A stretch of DNA of 64,000 bases, from NCBI RefSeq assembly GCF_902652985.1, contig NC_047024.1:25730001-25794000 (forward strand), written 5' to 3'. The notes below the pieces were generated by a model. The model worked only from the letters and a program-made list of their open reading frames with translations, did no database searches and had not been told where the DNA came from. The DNA comes from Pecten maximus. Its lineage: Eukaryota. This document shows positions 60,626-64,000 of this stretch, one piece after another (position 1 is the first letter of the stretch; every line of letters begins with the position of its first letter). Both the position numbers and the translations under genes were made by a program.

Positions 60626-63600
60626 AGCTTTATTGTCATAATTCGGCATTTCATTGTATTTATTACTTTTAAACAACCCTCGTTAGAGTAACCAGTGATA
60701 CTTGGCACCTTACCGAGTTAAACACCGATCTGTACTTTATTACCTAGATTATCGCGCGCCACCTTGACTGGATATATATATAAACGCCCTTTGGTCACTA
60801 AGTTGTCCATCACGGTAGTACCCTGCGGTAAGTTCTATGGATGAAACATACGTTTACACGCCGAAATATGTCACCAGTCGTAATATTTTTTTTATGATAT
60901 ACTTACGTATTTATTCGGCGATTGAAAATAAAATATGGTTGTCGAAACATCACCGGAATTATCAGGAATGACATTAAGTTGACTATGATACCTTCACGCG
61001 ATTGGACATTCTCTTTGTTTAAAGAAGTATAAGGTTCTCTCATTGATTTCCTTATCTGTAACTTCCGCAATACTTTCAGGTTCCTTAACCCACAGACATA
61101 TACCACTAGAATAAATGTGGTCTTTTGTGAACCTACACTCACCAGTGCAGTTTGAGGACATTGTTTGGTTCGAGGCAATCTGCCACTGTCATAATTCACG
61201 TACATACAGATCTTCGAGCTATATCCACGGACTTGCGACTTCTTACATATAGACTTATAATAAAGCAAATGAAATTTCTTCTGTTATTGTACAGCTCCTC
61301 TCAACCATTATCAAGATTCATTTTGCAATGCATTCAAAGACAAACTATGTTGTATTCTATTTAGACTTTTAGTCCATTTTAAGGAACCATTCCGAAAATG
61401 GTGGGAGATAAACAGCATGTTAGCTTACAAATTGAGCATTTATCATATTTATTTTGGCTTCGGGGTTACACTACCTTGTAAGGGTTTCCTTATCATATTA
61501 GGAAGTATTAACCTAAGCCCAGTAAAACTGAAGAGCACATTCATAGACAAAAACATCTTCACTAGCCAAGGGTTATTAGTTTGTATTCCCGAATACGAAG
61601 TTAGAAGTAACCATTGGCTAGCGAAGAGACAAAACGTGTAGGCATTGAAAGATAAATCGAAAATTGTAACAGAAAAAATTATCATCTTTTAGAGAATATG
61701 TCAAAAAGTTGAAGAATATATCTGGGTTTCTTTTTATATCATTTGAATATTTGAAGTAATCAACATTTGTTGAAGACTTTTCTTTTAATTTCTAATACAC
61801 TGTTTCCCTAGTTCTCATTTTGAGAATGTGATTTAACTAAGATTTGACCTAGATTTGTATGGCAGGTGTTGTCGTGACCTAGATTTGTAAGGCGGGTGTT
61901 GTCGATGCAGCAGAAGACGGTTACTCTTCCGGAACACCCGGGCTCTTTCTCGTTGTATATTTTGAATGGTCTCGATGCAAATCTTGATTTCTTTTATTCA
62001 TATTTTGCCCTCGTTTTATCTTAGTCCGAATTATGGATTTGTTATTATTTCGGTATCCCTTCAAATGTTTTCATACTGTATCATGTTATGTTACTGAAGA
62101 AAATTATTGAACTCCATTGTATTGTTTTAACGTGTTGGTATAAACTGATCGCCATGTGTTACATGTAACACACCACATGGTATGTGGTAATAAAGGTTTA
62201 GTGCTACTTTGTACTTATATCTCTGCGTATACCCTGCTTGCCACAAAAATCCATAAAATGACGCCCATAGTATAGAAAATATCTCTTATTACCATACACA
62301 AAAGAAAAGAAACAGACAACATTCTTACACGATCGCTTCTAAGCATAAAGTTGCGTACAGAACATAGATGCGGAGCACTTTGGGTGCAATTAAACATTTT
62401 TATCCTGCTAAAGTTAGAGATTATAAAACAATATCAACCTGTTTCATCTGCAGCTACACAATCTGGTTCATACCTCGAGCTCTGTTTGCATCCGAATTTT
62501 AAAATATAACATACCAAACAATATAAATGGCTGTAACATCTTGATATACAACTTGATGAAAGAGGAAGCCGTTTATTATCAACAATAATATTCCATATAT
62601 TTTATAATTAAAACATAGTTTTTAGCAAAGGTGAGCATCCCTCTTTTAGATGTCGGTAGTGTAAAGCATGTAACTTTGAGTATCTTATAAAACTATACAA
62701 CAGTCTGTACTTGTTTTCAATCAATCACAACAGTCAGAAAAATATACATGTATATCTAAACAATCTCGTATTTGGACTAGAATGATACAGTATATTTGTA
62801 TTTTGAAAATTTCAATTACTAATCTGCCGTAGATATATCGTCACAAATGCTTTTAGTAAAATCCAGAAAATGTCAACTTCTATTTATTACAATCCAGTAA
62901 CACTAATTTTCATTTAAATTAAAAATTCATTTAATGCCATATTATCATTTTCGGACAGCATAAAATGTCTTTGTAACTATGTCATCATTTAAATTTCGGT
63001 GAATTGTAGAACTTATTTGGCTCTCTTTGGCAATAGGGTTGTCTCGCTAGCCTTATTTTTACTATTTGCCATTTTATTAATCCACTTCATTAATGAAGTC
63101 AAATTATAGCGTCCATCTTCCTTGATGTCAGTAGCAATATCCAAAGTATTGTATACCTGACGATAATGACGGACTCTTGTGTTTACTCTAGATAATGATT
63201 GTTTTAAGTCGTGGTACAATCATTACCCGTGTTGAACTTAGTAGGTTACAGGAGAGATGTTATATACAAATGTATTTATAATTCCAATAGAGGCAAGGTT
63301 TTTTTTTAAAAATACATCCACTGATGTCGCTTTAGATGTCGACTCTCATGACAGAAAAAAAACAGGTTTTTTTTTTTTTTTTTAATGTATTAGAGAAACA
63401 TGTATATATGGGCGATGTCGAAGGATTGCATAAGACACACAAAATATCAGCGCCTTTCAATATCAATTGAGAGTTACCATGGCCTTGGTTGTGTATACCC
63501 CGGTACCGTATTGAAAACATATCATTATCTAAACTAGAATTAGCCATATGCAATATGGCCGCCATACCGTCATACGACCAGAGAGGTCATATAAGAATAT

Positions 63601-64000
63601 TATTTGTACAGATAACGTCTGGGGCTAACTTTTTCTAATTGCGTGTTATAGGTCAGAAGTCAATTAAAAAATCGCTGTAGGGTTCCAAGGAACACTTTAA
63701 TTGTTTCATTCTTTTTGTATTTTTTCTTTACATGTAAATCTTCCTTTTGTTCATGTTTTGCAATTGTGTTTCGTGTTTCCGAGTAAGATTTTGACGTAGA
63801 TTTTGAACACTCATCGGTCGTTATTGCGTATGTTATTGGAATGAGTTAAAAGTCACATATAAGTAGAGTACAGAGAGAAAGACAGTAATGGAAGAAAGTG
63901 AAAGTTATATGTGTACTATTTATCTACATTTTGTGTTTTTTTAGACTCCAAATCAGAAGAAGCTCCTGTGTTAGAAGTCAACTGCAGTCATGACAACAGT

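Noticed and set aside
60900-61750. Host gene in the cluster of short ORFs
   Set aside because: No coherent exon chain; it lies just upstream of a PLE tail and is more likely eroded retroelement sequence, too decayed to call.

Overview
AT-rich, intron-containing animal genomic DNA; the SINE, Penelope and Crypton repeat types suggest a bivalve mollusc (inference). Two intact minus-strand genes are supported. (1) A 14-exon clan-3 (CYP3A-like) cytochrome P450 at 42535..14610, hand-assembled to 1491 nt (496 aa) with GT-AG introns and consistent phases. (2) An intronless 399-aa questin-oxidase/DUF4243-like ORF at 6907..5708, probably with a non-coding first exon near 10087. The rest is transposon debris (a decayed Crypton-type tyrosine-recombinase element and a non-autonomous relative, a mariner remnant, Penelope-like RT fragments and tails, LINE 3' ends, tRNA-derived SINEs, Helentron-like elements, MITEs) plus minisatellites. 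The most notable observation is a 7 x 49-bp minisatellite at 32428-32770 whose unit is a whole minimal type I hammerhead ribozyme. It was amplified from the end of a Penelope-like element and lies in the sense orientation of P450 intron 1. Its two most downstream copies keep the catalytic core and could form a dimeric hammerhead. All assignments come from motif recognition by eye; no searches were run.
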